DNA from: a virus | DNA length: 64,000 bases | Reading direction: 5' to 3' (one strand) | IMG/VR virus record: IMGVR_UViG_3300025875_000013 | Span: 4,583-68,582 of that record | Shown here: piece after piece, positions 54,686 to 63,982 of the stretch | Layout: the number at the start of each line of letters is the position of its first letter | Position numbering within the stretch: position 1 is the first letter of the stretch | Program-made: the position numbers and the translations under genes | The notes under the pieces: model-generated | What the model was told of the DNA's origin: nothing | The model's input: the letters and a program-made list of their open reading frames with translations, nothing else | Database searches by the model: none

Positions 54686-55297
54686 ATGAATGAATATGCT
54701 TTTTATGGAGAAGTACGATCTAAGTTATTCCGGGGCAAATTAAGCACCGGGGCTTACAACACCATAAAAGAAATTTTGGAAGAATGCCGGGAAAGAAAGG
54801 TTTATGATTATAGACACCAGGCATATATATTATCAACATGCTATTGGGAATCGTATAGCTACGCAAAAAACCCAGATTGGAACCCTGTACGTGAAGGGTT
54901 TGCCACAACAAACCAGGGAGCAATAAATGCCGTAACAGCCTTATATAAAGCGGGTAAGGTTAAAAGTAATTACGCTTTGCCGCAATCTAATGGCAAAAGT
55001 TATTACGGCAGAGGATATACGCAAATTTCTTTGCCCGATAATTACAAACAGGCTGGCGATTATTATGGAATACCCTTGTACGATAACCCAGACTTAGCTT
55101 TACAGCGGCCAATTGCTACCTTATTATTAGTTGGCGGCATAATGGAGGGGTGGTGGACAGGCAAAAAACTTACAGATTATATTACAACTACCAATACCGA
55201 TTTTCTAGGGGCAAGAAGAACTGTGAACGGAACCGACAAGGCCAAAGAAATTGAAAAAATAGCAATGATATTCTACAGCGCAATGATTTTACTTTAA
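54686..55297 (+). CDS. endolysin, GH19 (chitinase-like lysozyme) family
   Basis: 'YYGRGYTQISLPDNY' resembles the GH19 GRGPIQLTWNYNY block. 'TCYWES' may be the catalytic-Glu region. Position is within the lysis cassette. Confidence 0.55.
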   Translation: MNEYAFYGEVRSKLFRGKLSTGAYNTIKEILEECRERKVYDYRHQAYILSTCYWESYSYAKNPDWNPVREGFATTNQGAINAVTALYKAGKVKSNYALPQSNGKSYYGRGYTQISLPDNYKQAGDYYGIPLYDNPDLALQRPIATLLLVGGIMEGWWTGKKLTDYITTTNTDFLGARRTVNGTDKAKEIEKIAMIFYSAMILL

Positions 55298-55309
55298 ATA
55301 AATAAAACA

Positions 55310-55507
55310 ATGACAAAAGAAAGAACCCCGCGAATTAATCGCAAATCCGCTAAAGATGATATTGTGGAATTATTGAAAGACAGAAAAGTAACTGCTAGTA
55401 TTAATATACCTTTGGGCGGCGATGTTACCAGTATTTACCGACAAGGCATTTTAGATGCTGCTAGAGTTGCAGGTATAAAGATAAAACCAGAAGACTATGC
55501 TGAATAA
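55310..55507 (+). CDS. hypothetical protein
   Basis: 65-aa ORF. Confidence 0.2.
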   Translation: MTKERTPRINRKSAKDDIVELLKDRKVTASINIPLGGDVTSIYRQGILDAARVAGIKIKPEDYAE

Positions 55508-55862
55508 ATACGGGAAAATAGGAAGTATAGCAATCTTTATTCTAGTTGCTATACTTTGCGCGTTCGGTATCGGTAGATGCACACGCGCAAAAAATGAAGC
55601 AGATAGGGAATACAGGCTTAATAAAGCAATAGCGCGGCAAGATTCTATTACCCAAATTGTTGTTAAGCAAGATGCGCAACTAAAAGAAGAATACGAAAAA
55701 ATTATAACTAGAATAATACTTAATCAAAAAAGAGGTTTTAGAACTTATGAAGAAATACAGAATAGTATTCCTGATAGCCTTTCTGATGCTGAGCTACGCC
55801 GCGAAATCTCAAGAATCTTATTCGAGAACGGAGCTGAATCAGTTAAGAAAGCTGGCAGATAG
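55497..55862 (+). CDS. i-spanin-like membrane-anchored protein (putative)
   Basis: N-terminal TM 'IGSIAIFILVAILCAFGIG' followed by a charged coiled coil. Overlaps the next ORF in the usual spanin pattern. Confidence 0.35.
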   Translation: MLNKYGKIGSIAIFILVAILCAFGIGRCTRAKNEADREYRLNKAIARQDSITQIVVKQDAQLKEEYEKIITRIILNQKRGFRTYEEIQNSIPDSLSDAELRREISRILFENGAESVKKAGR

Positions 55863-56136
55863 TGTAAAACCTCTGCGTGCAGAGGTGGCAAAACGCGATT
55901 CTACTATTGCAAATTTAGAAACAAAGTACAATATTAGTAATAGCCGGGTGCTTAGTTTAACAGTTGAAAATTCATCTTTGCAAAACAGCATTTTAAATAA
56001 AGATAATTTACACCTGAAAGATATTAGTAAGCTAAACCGCAAATTAAAAGTGCAGAAGGGCTTGAAATGGGGCTTCTTAGCTTTGCCGCCGTTAGGTTAC
56101 ATGGGGTACAAATTATTAAAACCCAAATTATTTTAA
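55747..56136 (+). CDS. o-spanin-like / signal-peptide coiled-coil protein (putative)
   Basis: Signal-like 'IVFLIAFLMLSYAAKSQ' then a coiled coil. Embedded in and extending past the previous ORF. Confidence 0.3.
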   Translation: MKKYRIVFLIAFLMLSYAAKSQESYSRTELNQLRKLADSVKPLRAEVAKRDSTIANLETKYNISNSRVLSLTVENSSLQNSILNKDNLHLKDISKLNRKLKVQKGLKWGFLALPPLGYMGYKLLKPKLF

Positions 56137-56137
56137 G

Positions 56138-58669
56138 ATGACCGTAGAAGAATTATTTTCACAAATAAAAACCCTTGCTGAAATAAAAACAGCCAAGGCT
56201 GGAACCATTGTAAGAGATGATTACTGGAATGTATTTATCGCCTTATTTGACACCCCGGAACCACCCAAACAGGGCACTGATTATAAACAACCTATACCAG
56301 AACAAGACAAATACTACTTATACCTGACCTGGCAGCAATTCAATCAAATTAAAGAAGATATGGCAAAGAAAACAACAAAGCCCGGAAACTCAGGCAATGC
56401 GCCCGGCCACAATAAAGACCCGGAAACCGGTAAGCCTACCAAACCGGTAACGCCCGCGCCGGTGCCAACTCCTGAAATTGAAACACCAACCTCAAAGCCT
56501 ACACCGGAACCGGAAGAGCCGGTTGTAGTAATACCTCCTATTGTTATACCAGAGGTTGAGAAACCTGCGGATGTAATTGTACCAGTAGGGGAGCCGGTTA
56601 CAGATACACCAAAGCTAGATCCGATATTTAAGCCTTTGCCAGAGGAACCAGCAGCGCCGCAGGTAGAGCAGCCCCGGCCAGAGCCACAACCAGAGCAGAT
56701 AGAAACCAAACCGCTACCCGATCAGGTTGTAGTGCCAGACCCGACACCAATAACGGATATTCCAGCCGGCCAAAAAATCAAAGGTGATATAACACATTTG
56801 GTACAGGTATTTCATGCCGATGTAGGCCCGCAAATATTCGATGCATTGAATGACGGGAATACGACCGAACCAACACAGGCCACTAACTACGATATGAAAT
56901 TGAAGCTACAAAACAATCTTCAATATCACCTGGTAGAACCGCGCGCGAACGCGAAAACTGAATATATAGACGTATACCACGGGAAGCATACCAATACTGG
57001 TATTAAGTATCATGCCTACCTGAAAAACGGGAGTTATGTAGAAAATATCTTCGGGAATTACACGCCAAAAGCGAATAGCAAGGTAACGCTTAAACTAAAA
57101 GCGGAGCACCAGAATCTATTGTGCTTGGTTCAGGAAACGGCCAATACGATTAACACCCGCGCGGAAGGGCTACCCGCCGAAATAGATTTTTTCGGTGAAG
57201 CGGATAATTATATTCCGAAACCTTACCTAAAAACTAAAATTCCGATTGAAAAACATATCGGGTGTGTGATCTACGACTGGAACGCGCTTAACGGGTCCGG
57301 CCGGGGCCTGAATCAGGATAAAATGAAAATGTTAGTTGACACCGCGGCTATTGTACGGTGGTATTCTGACACCAGTAATAAGTACCGTCCGGAAACCAAA
57401 AGCTGGTGTTTCAATCCTGCTAATTCGGGCGGCTGGAAAGAAGATGAAATGGCAAAAGCCTTTCACGACAATAATATTGACGCTATCTACTGTTTGAAAG
57501 GAGATGAGGCCACGCCATATTATGTTGATGGGGTGCGCCAGGTTGCAATACGTTGGGGCAGTAATAAAAACGTTGATCCTAAGTTGATTAATATTTATAC
57601 TGATCCAGCTAAAAATACTCCTACTAATCAAATACTAGTAGGTATGGGTTGGCTGAAAAAGATTCAGTTTGGTAATGAACGTAACCGCTGGTGGAAAGGC
57701 CGCGCCGATGTGAAAAACCAAATCAATCTGGTAGGTTTTGTTGATGCGTTTGAACATTGCGCCCAGGATATATTGTGTTACAACGCCGTAAAAGAGATTG
57801 ACCCGACGATTGAGGTTGTAATGTCCGGTATGGCCCTGACTAATCCCGGATATATTCAGGCGATGGCCTTTTACGCGAAGTACATTAACAAGGTGCCAAT
57901 TTACGGCGGCAATAAGGTACCCTGGGATTCTTTCGCCGCACACATGTATAACAACGAAAAGGGCGGACAGCGTCAAGGTGCTGTACGGGGATTACCGCCG
58001 GAACAAACCAAGTTTGGCCAAAATATCGAACGATTATTACAAATAGAATTCGAAATACATGAGGACGATAACCGGGCACCTGGCGGATATGTAACCGAAC
58101 ACGGCTATAGCCATAGTACCGGGAATCCCGAACAAACTGCTTACGCCATTGCAGGATTAGGAGACCGTTTTGAAGTGGCGGGCATATGGACGGTACGTTC
58201 TTATTTATCTGCTGCCCGTCGTTACTTAACAGGGTCAACTGTATACCAGCAACGCGACGACACCTTATTCAAACAACGGCCGAATGCCCCGGATTTAGGC
58301 TGGGACTTATCAAACGGACAGATCGACGAAACGATATCACCGGAAAAACGCAGGGCTACCGCCGACTACAATATGCAATTATTGTCTTTCATTCGCGGCT
58401 ATTGCATGACAGTGCCGGGAGATGAAAAAGCAGAAGTAGTAATCGATAAGCTAGAAAAACCCGGCAACCCTGATTTATATGCTATAGGATTACCAAGTAT
58501 AAAAGGCGCCACAAAGGAAATTGAGTTCAACATAGCAGGTGCAAAAAGCTACACCATAAGCGAATTGCGCACCGGAATGGACAAGCCCTATGTTAGTACT
58601 GTTCCAGCCACCGGGAAAAATAAATTTGTAGCTACTGAAAAAACTATGTTTATACACGTAAATAAATAA
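56138..58669 (+). CDS. large virion-associated protein with Pro/Thr/Glu-rich linker and C-terminal globular domain (possible glycan hydrolase, speculative)
   Basis: 843-aa ORF. A ~130-aa low-complexity linker 'PTKPVTPAPVPTPEIETPTSKPTPEPEEPVVVIPPIVIPEVEKP...' is followed by a large globular C-terminal half. Followed by a strong terminator. Confidence 0.3.
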   Translation: MTVEELFSQIKTLAEIKTAKAGTIVRDDYWNVFIALFDTPEPPKQGTDYKQPIPEQDKYYLYLTWQQFNQIKEDMAKKTTKPGNSGNAPGHNKDPETGKPTKPVTPAPVPTPEIETPTSKPTPEPEEPVVVIPPIVIPEVEKPADVIVPVGEPVTDTPKLDPIFKPLPEEPAAPQVEQPRPEPQPEQIETKPLPDQVVVPDPTPITDIPAGQKIKGDITHLVQVFHADVGPQIFDALNDGNTTEPTQATNYDMKLKLQNNLQYHLVEPRANAKTEYIDVYHGKHTNTGIKYHAYLKNGSYVENIFGNYTPKANSKVTLKLKAEHQNLLCLVQETANTINTRAEGLPAEIDFFGEADNYIPKPYLKTKIPIEKHIGCVIYDWNALNGSGRGLNQDKMKMLVDTAAIVRWYSDTSNKYRPETKSWCFNPANSGGWKEDEMAKAFHDNNIDAIYCLKGDEATPYYVDGVRQVAIRWGSNKNVDPKLINIYTDPAKNTPTNQILVGMGWLKKIQFGNERNRWWKGRADVKNQINLVGFVDAFEHCAQDILCYNAVKEIDPTIEVVMSGMALTNPGYIQAMAFYAKYINKVPIYGGNKVPWDSFAAHMYNNEKGGQRQGAVRGLPPEQTKFGQNIERLLQIEFEIHEDDNRAPGGYVTEHGYSHSTGNPEQTAYAIAGLGDRFEVAGIWTVRSYLSAARRYLTGSTVYQQRDDTLFKQRPNAPDLGWDLSNGQIDETISPEKRRATADYNMQLLSFIRGYCMTVPGDEKAEVVIDKLEKPGNPDLYAIGLPSIKGATKEIEFNIAGAKSYTISELRTGMDKPYVSTVPATGKNKFVATEKTMFIHVNK

Positions 58670-58674
58670 GTAAA

Positions 58675-58712
58675 AAATTAAGACCCGCAAAATGCGGGTC
58701 TTAATTTTTTAG
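58675..58712. terminator. Rho-independent terminator (bidirectional)
   Basis: TTAAGACCCGC-AAAAT-GCGGGTCTTAA followed by TTTTTT. Confidence 0.6.
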
Positions 58713-58728
58713 CACTTTTAATTATGAT

Positions 58729-59022
58729 CTAGTTCGTTTTATAGGCAGTCCGTATTATATTATCATTATCTGAAAAATCATTTATACAGATATACAGTTC
58801 GTTTTCAAATAGAACAGTTACAAACTCATGTTCAGAATTTAAGCCTGAAAATAATTTGACACTTAAAATATAAGGTTCAGAAACTATAGTAACTAAGCTT
58901 CTAGGTGTCTGGCAATCCCCTGCTAACCAACTCTGTTCTTTAGTTTTTAGGTTAACCTGGTAGCTATTATCAACCGGATAAGCCTTAGTTCCGATTAATT
59001 TTGTATTTAGTTGTGTTTTCAT
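58729..59022 (-). CDS. hypothetical protein
   Basis: 97-aa ORF. Confidence 0.25.
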   Translation of the reverse strand: MKTQLNTKLIGTKAYPVDNSYQVNLKTKEQSWLAGDCQTPRSLVTIVSEPYILSVKLFSGLNSEHEFVTVLFENELYICINDFSDNDNIIRTAYKTN

Positions 59023-59040
59023 AATTCCGGCATAGTTAAA

Positions 59041-59277
59041 TTAATCGTGCATATAATCGCCAATCCAATTATAACAATCCCCAGAAATATTTCTGTCAAA
59101 GTTTCCAATAATTAAGCAAGTTTGGAATAATTGCTTTTGTGCGTTTAACCGGTTCCACAGCGCGACACGGGTAGGATTGCCAGCTGAAGAGAAATGTATA
59201 TGATTATTTGCAAAAGTGCCTATCTCCATTTCAGGATCACATTTGCTTAAGATAGCTTCTAATTCTTTAACTTTCAT
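59041..59277 (-). CDS. hypothetical protein
   Basis: 78-aa ORF. Confidence 0.25.
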   Translation of the reverse strand: MKVKELEAILSKCDPEMEIGTFANNHIHFSSAGNPTRVALWNRLNAQKQLFQTCLIIGNFDRNISGDCYNWIGDYMHD

Positions 59278-60053
59278 TATTTAACACTTTTAAACATTAC
59301 TGGAGATTCGCCATAAAGCGGTGTTTTGCCATCCCACTTTTCTATAAATTGCTGCTGAATAAGCATCGGCGTTAAAGATTGCTGTTTTAATTCATTGGCT
59401 TCTTTTTCAGCCCTGGCAACAATCAATCTACGTTGTGCATCAATGCTATCCTTAACTAAGCTGTTACGGGCTTGTATGGCTTCCTGAATAGCTTTATTCT
59501 TTTGGTCGATAGCCTGGGTAATTGTTTGCGGATAGCGCATACCAAAGGTCATTTGCGCAACTTCAAACCCTTCCTTTTGCAAATCTTTCACCAGCGATGC
59601 GGTTACCTGATTATCAAATTGTTGCCGCTTGCTTAAAATATCGTCTGTGGTGTAGTTATTGAACACGTTTTTAAAAGCATCTTTCACCTCATTTCGGATA
59701 ATACCGGCCTCTATATCTTCAATTTGCACCCGGTACTTGCGAAATATATTAGGGCTTTGACCCCGCACGATTTGGTAACTTAATGTAGGGTCAACTTCAA
59801 AAATAGAACCATCTTTTGCGTTTACGGTAAACGGTTCGTAATCAACGGTTCTAACGTGTACAGGAAATTCAAATACATCTTCTGTAAGAGGATTGTAAAA
59901 TACCCTGCCAGACGCCAGAGATACACCTTGTCCCTTACCTTCACCTGAAAGGGCCACTTTCACTCCTTCATATCCGCCATCTATGACAGTTGAGCAGGAA
60001 TAAAATAATACTGATAAAATTAAAAGGTTACAAATTTTCATTAGATTTTTCAT
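59277..60053 (-). CDS. SPFH/band-7 (prohibitin-like) domain lipoprotein
   Basis: Lipoprotein signal 'LLILSVLFYSCST'. C-terminal 'QAIDQKNKAIQEAIQARNSLVKDSIDAQRRLIVARAEKEANELKQQ' matches the SPFH coiled-coil segment. Confidence 0.5.
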   Translation of the reverse strand: MKNLMKICNLLILSVLFYSCSTVIDGGYEGVKVALSGEGKGQGVSLASGRVFYNPLTEDVFEFPVHVRTVDYEPFTVNAKDGSIFEVDPTLSYQIVRGQSPNIFRKYRVQIEDIEAGIIRNEVKDAFKNVFNNYTTDDILSKRQQFDNQVTASLVKDLQKEGFEVAQMTFGMRYPQTITQAIDQKNKAIQEAIQARNSLVKDSIDAQRRLIVARAEKEANELKQQSLTPMLIQQQFIEKWDGKTPLYGESPVMFKSVK

Positions 60054-60103
60054 TTTTCTGTTTGTTAAAAAGTAGATATAAAATTATTATTTAAGCGTTA
60101 ATT

Positions 60104-60364
60104 TTATTGCATGTGCCCGAAAAACGCTTCTGGAATTTCCTGTAGATCGCTATCAGGATTTTCAACAAAGCAAACCGTATCATCATGGGTAAACTCTAAT
60201 ACAGTTAATATTTGGTTTTGGAAAAGACATTTATCCCCTTCGTTAATTTTGCCCTCAACTAAAATATAATCTTCCAAGTTTAGGCTACTTTTTTTCTTAA
60301 ATAAACTTTCTAAAACTGTAAAGTTAAAAAGGTTCGCAGCTATCTGCACAATCTTCTTGTTCAT
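60104..60364 (-). CDS. C-terminal part of an ORF interrupted by the 900-bp cassette
   Basis: The N-terminus 'MNKKIVQIAANLFNFTVLESLFKKK' is encoded by the 39-bp direct repeat. The same 'NFTVLESLFKK' peptide ends the ORF at 61187-61390, in the same frame. Confidence 0.3.
   Translation of the reverse strand: MNKKIVQIAANLFNFTVLESLFKKKSSLNLEDYILVEGKINEGDKCLFQNQILTVLEFTHDDTVCFVENPDSDLQEIPEAFFGHMQ
60292..60330. repeat. 39-bp perfect direct repeat, copy 1 (TTTTCTTAAATAAACTTTCTAAAACTGTAAAGTTAAAAA)
   Basis: Identical to 61192-61230, exactly 900 bp away. Confidence 0.8.
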
Positions 60365-61190
60365 CTAACTCAAAGTCATATTCAGAACCATCAGTAATCA
60401 TCGATTTATCGACAGCCAAATTAAAGGGTTCTTTACTTTCTTGTAGTAAGTCTCTAATGCTTTGCCAACCACGAAAAAACATTAATGGCAACTTACCTTT
60501 ATATTGTTTTGGAGACACATGTCCGTATTTTTCTTCCATGTTTTGTACCCACTTTGTAGAATTGGGGTCACTGACGATTTGGGTAAGTAGTTTTCTCTTA
60601 CTTTTTTTATGACACAGTTTGCAATTACCCTCCCAATCTTGCAATTGAAGGTCAAAATTTTGAGCCTTCCAGGAAACAGCCACATCAGCTTTGGTAATAC
60701 CCCATTCCCAGAGCGGATACCATTGTTTTTTCATCGCAGCAGTAATTAAATTAACCCTCTTAGGTTCGTCTTTTCTATACCCTATAACCATTAAGCAATC
60801 TTTAAAGCCTACACTTTTGGCAAATGACTTAATTGGGTTAGTTTTTAATTCCCTGGTACAATGTGGTGTAGATTTAGAAGGTATTCCGTATTTTTTTATA
60901 ACCTCTTCAAATATTTCGCCATTCCGCGCGGCTGTGTTGTAATTGACAATAGAATGCGTGCTTGATTTTCTTACTCCATGCCATACTTTCGCTTCCACCC
61001 AAACAATCGACATACCAAAATTTTGTTCTAACTGGTGTAAAAAAAGAAGTGTTTCTTCCTTTTCCCTGCTGGTATTGGCAAACACGAAGATCATTTCATA
61101 TTTATCTTTGTACCTAGTCCATAATAAATAAGCCATAAGCCCAGACGTTCGACCCCCGGAAACAGATACCAATAATTTTTGTCTATTCAT
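60324..61190 (-). CDS. PAPS-reductase family PP-loop protein (second copy in window), cassette-borne
   Basis: PP-loop 'LLVSVSGGRTSG', 'IGYRKDEPKR', C-terminal 'CKLCH'. The gene fills the interval between the two 39-bp direct repeats, and its stop codon lies inside copy 1. Confidence 0.6.
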   Translation of the reverse strand: MNRQKLLVSVSGGRTSGLMAYLLWTRYKDKYEMIFVFANTSREKEETLLFLHQLEQNFGMSIVWVEAKVWHGVRKSSTHSIVNYNTAARNGEIFEEVIKKYGIPSKSTPHCTRELKTNPIKSFAKSVGFKDCLMVIGYRKDEPKRVNLITAAMKKQWYPLWEWGITKADVAVSWKAQNFDLQLQDWEGNCKLCHKKSKRKLLTQIVSDPNSTKWVQNMEEKYGHVSPKQYKGKLPLMFFRGWQSIRDLLQESKEPFNLAVDKSMITDGSEYDFELDEQEDCADSCEPF

Positions 61191-61390
61191 CTTTTCTTAA
61201 ATAAACTTTCTAAAACTGTAAAGTTAAAAATTAATAGCGCGGCAATTATAAGCAGCCCCAGCCAAAACATATAATCCGATTCAGCATTAAAGCAATTAAA
61301 GGCCCACTGGATCGCTGTAAAATCCAGGCAGAGAATAAAGGGAAAGGCTATAAACCAACGGTAAAAGCGGATGCGGGATTTAGGAGTCAT
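61187..61390 (-). CDS. N-terminal part of the interrupted ORF (small membrane protein)
   Basis: Hydrophobic 'FIAFPFILCL...WLGLLIIAALLIF' then 'NFTVLESLFKKR*' encoded by repeat copy 2. Confidence 0.3.
   Translation of the reverse strand: MTPKSRIRFYRWFIAFPFILCLDFTAIQWAFNCFNAESDYMFWLGLLIIAALLIFNFTVLESLFKKR
61192..61230. repeat. 39-bp perfect direct repeat, copy 2
   Basis: Identical to 60292-60330. Confidence 0.8.
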
Positions 61391-61745
61391 ATTTTTTTAA
61401 TAAAAGAGAATTATTCAACATGAACGGAATAAAATCGGAAGTATCAAACTCATCTTTTAATTGTGGTATATCATAAATAACATTACTACCCCCCTTGATG
61501 GTCGCTATCATTTCTTCAAAATTATTATTGCCTATAATCGAAGTAAGCTCCATTAATGAATCTTTAACCTGTTTATACCAGTCTGGATTCTTTTCTTTTA
61601 AATAATCTACAGCAACAGGTATATGATGCATCATTAGATCATCATTACAGATATGGTTTAATATCATATATACATCTTCCATAAATGTTGATAGCCGCCC
61701 ATCCACTATTGAGAACAGTTGCAGTAATGTAAATTGCTTAGTCAT
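61380..61745 (-). CDS. hypothetical protein
   Basis: 121-aa ORF. Confidence 0.25.
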   Translation of the reverse strand: MTKQFTLLQLFSIVDGRLSTFMEDVYMILNHICNDDLMMHHIPVAVDYLKEKNPDWYKQVKDSLMELTSIIGNNNFEEMIATIKGGSNVIYDIPQLKDEFDTSDFIPFMLNNSLLLKKYDS

Positions 61746-61762
61746 AATATTTTTTTTAAATT

Positions 61763-62185
61763 TTAAAGTACAAATCCCATTTTTTCTAACTCATTAATCA
61801 ATTCCGATCTTTCCGCTTGTTTATGTCTTAACAAGATACCCAGTATCTCTAAGGTTTCATACACATTTAGAACTTCATCTAAAGCGGGTTTATCTTGTTT
61901 TTGCTGATTTGCATCATTCGTATCAATTCCCCAACGAAGAGCCATTTGCCGGGCTATCTGTTCCGCTATATTTCCTTTGTAAATCAAAGAACCATCCGGA
62001 TCAAGTATATCTTCTTTCTTGGGTTTCGGCGGTGTTAAGTCCTTTACGTGCAACTTAAGCTTTACCTCACAAATCGCATTGGCAAGCAGCATGGCTTGTT
62101 TATCGATGCGGATTATATCTTTATCCAGTTCCTGTATTTTAGCGAACAGGATAGAGGCTTTTTCTAATGTTTTAGCGCTGTTCAT
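61763..62185 (-). CDS. hypothetical protein
   Basis: 140-aa ORF. Confidence 0.25.
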   Translation of the reverse strand: MNSAKTLEKASILFAKIQELDKDIIRIDKQAMLLANAICEVKLKLHVKDLTPPKPKKEDILDPDGSLIYKGNIAEQIARQMALRWGIDTNDANQQKQDKPALDEVLNVYETLEILGILLRHKQAERSELINELEKMGFVL

Positions 62186-62379
62186 ATCAACTGGTTTTTT
62201 AACTTAAACTGATCCCTAAGCAAAGCTGTAACGTCTTTAAGTTGCCTGTCAACAACCTGTTTTTCTAATTGCTCCCATTCTACATCACTTAAATAGACGT
62301 TTTTGGTTCTAATATTTAATCTTGGTTCTAATACTTTTTTTCTACCCATTGTATTAATTATTAAATTATAAAATTTCAA
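62182..62379 (-). CDS. hypothetical protein
   Basis: 65-aa ORF. Confidence 0.2.
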   Translation of the reverse strand: MKFYNLIINTMGRKKVLEPRLNIRTKNVYLSDVEWEQLEKQVVDRQLKDVTALLRDQFKLKNQLI

Positions 62380-62551
62380 TTGATTCTTCAGAATAAGGAA
62401 TAGTTTCTAAATGCCCTTTAGGTGAGGTTGTTTCTTTTGTAATAAACAAACCTCCATTCTGTGTCTCCTCAATTACATAGGTGTTTTCGCCATTGATGAG
62501 CTTAACCATTTTAACATTATCAAAAACATCTTTATCTCTATTAACTCTCAT
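62366..62551 (-). CDS. hypothetical protein
   Basis: 61-aa ORF. Confidence 0.2.
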   Translation of the reverse strand: MRVNRDKDVFDNVKMVKLINGENTYVIEETQNGGLFITKETTSPKGHLETIPYSEESIEIL

Positions 62552-62703
62552 ATTTTTACGGTTTAAAATTTAACGTCCGAAAGGTAAGATAAGTTAAAAT
62601 AAAAAACAAATAATTAACAGATAAAATTAAAATAAAATTATTCGAAATTTATTAGATTATATCAAATTTCCTCCTTATACTTGCACAACAAAACAGCAAT
62701 ATT

Positions 62704-62973
62704 ATGAAAGAAAGGCTATTAGATATTGTTATTCCTATAGATGTTCAGGCAGAAGCTTACAACCTGGCTAACTCTGTAGAAGGATTGACACGGATATGGG
62801 TTAGCGGAACCTTATACTACCCTGGCAACAGCTTTAAGTGCATGATTCATGCGGTTTATGATAGCGTAATAGGGACCATTATTGTTACCCGTTATTCCAT
62901 TGAAGAAATGATTGAGGAATTTAAAACTATTATTCACGCCATACATAGTTGCAATTATGAAAACCGGAGCTGA
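62704..62973 (+). CDS. hypothetical protein
   Basis: 89-aa ORF. Confidence 0.25.
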   Translation: MKERLLDIVIPIDVQAEAYNLANSVEGLTRIWVSGTLYYPGNSFKCMIHAVYDSVIGTIIVTRYSIEEMIEEFKTIIHAIHSCNYENRS

Positions 62974-63192
62974 AATACTGGAAATGTTGCCTGAGGATAT
63001 CGCAGAAAAGGTAAAAACAAACATCGAAAACGAAGAAAAAGAAAATTTTCAAGATTTTTTAATGTTATTTTAAGAGAGGAATATGAAAACATTAAGGAAT
63101 TTATATATTCTTGCTTTATAATAAGCAGCAGCAATGAAGGCCGCGAATTTTGGATTAATTATACAGAAGAAAATAACGTTGAAATCATTAAT

Positions 63193-63576
63193 ATGAAAAT
63201 TATGGAAAGCAAATTAAAAACAAAACTTGAAATTATTGCAGAAGTAGAAGCGCACTTTGTAGCCAATCCGCGAAACAGGGCCTTAGACAAAAATAAGAGT
63301 TGTGTTTATTTTGATGTAGATACACAAAATAAATGCGCCGTTGGAATTTTTCTTAAAAATCCAGAGTGGATTGAAAAAAAATTTTCTGGTTTAAGCGCCG
63401 TTGAAGTTTTTGAAAAAAGTTTTACTTGCCTTAAACCGGAATACCAAATCGAAGACGTCGAATTTTGGAGAGACTTGCAAAGATTCCACGATTATAGCAA
63501 GCTTTGGGATTCGGATGGATTAACTGAAAGAGGCGTAAAATTCTTAAATTACTTAAAAGAAACATACAAGGACTAA
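63193..63576 (+). CDS. hypothetical protein
   Basis: 127-aa ORF. Confidence 0.25.
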   Translation: MKIMESKLKTKLEIIAEVEAHFVANPRNRALDKNKSCVYFDVDTQNKCAVGIFLKNPEWIEKKFSGLSAVEVFEKSFTCLKPEYQIEDVEFWRDLQRFHDYSKLWDSDGLTERGVKFLNYLKETYKD

Positions 63577-63670
63577 TGAAAAATAAAGTACCCACATTAA
63601 AAATCCGGACTAAGCTAAGCCTCTTGGTCGACGAAGTGAAAATAATTGCTAACCCTGTAAATTATAAGCA

Positions 63671-63982
63671 ATGAAAGGTAAATATACTACTGGACCATGG
63701 ACTTACAGGCTAGATGTGATTAATAAAAGTTTTTATATTGAAACAGAATACATGTCGCATCAAAATACCTTTATAGGGGACATCGGCGGCGGCTTGCAAA
63801 CTCAAGAAGAAATCGAGGCAAACGCACAATTAGTAGCCAATGCGCCCGATCTATTAAAAGCGCTAGAAGAGTGTCGTGCAGATTTATTTTACCAAATTTC
63901 CTCTAAGCATGGGGCTGAAAAAGCTAGGCAATACCCATCTATTATATTAGCCGAACGGGTAATTAAAAAAGCAACTGAATAA
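63671..63982 (+). CDS. hypothetical protein
   Basis: 103-aa ORF. Confidence 0.25.
   Translation: MKGKYTTGPWTYRLDVINKSFYIETEYMSHQNTFIGDIGGGLQTQEEIEANAQLVANAPDLLKALEECRADLFYQISSKHGAEKARQYPSIILAERVIKKATE

Noticed and set aside
56344-56709. Minus-strand Gly/Ser-rich ORF.
   Set aside because: Antisense of the Pro/Thr-rich linker of the 843-aa protein.
57332-58425. Several overlapping minus- and plus-strand ORFs (57332-57631, 57635-57976, 57885-58238, 58186-58425).
   Set aside because: All lie within or antisense to the long 56138-58669 ORF. No independent support.
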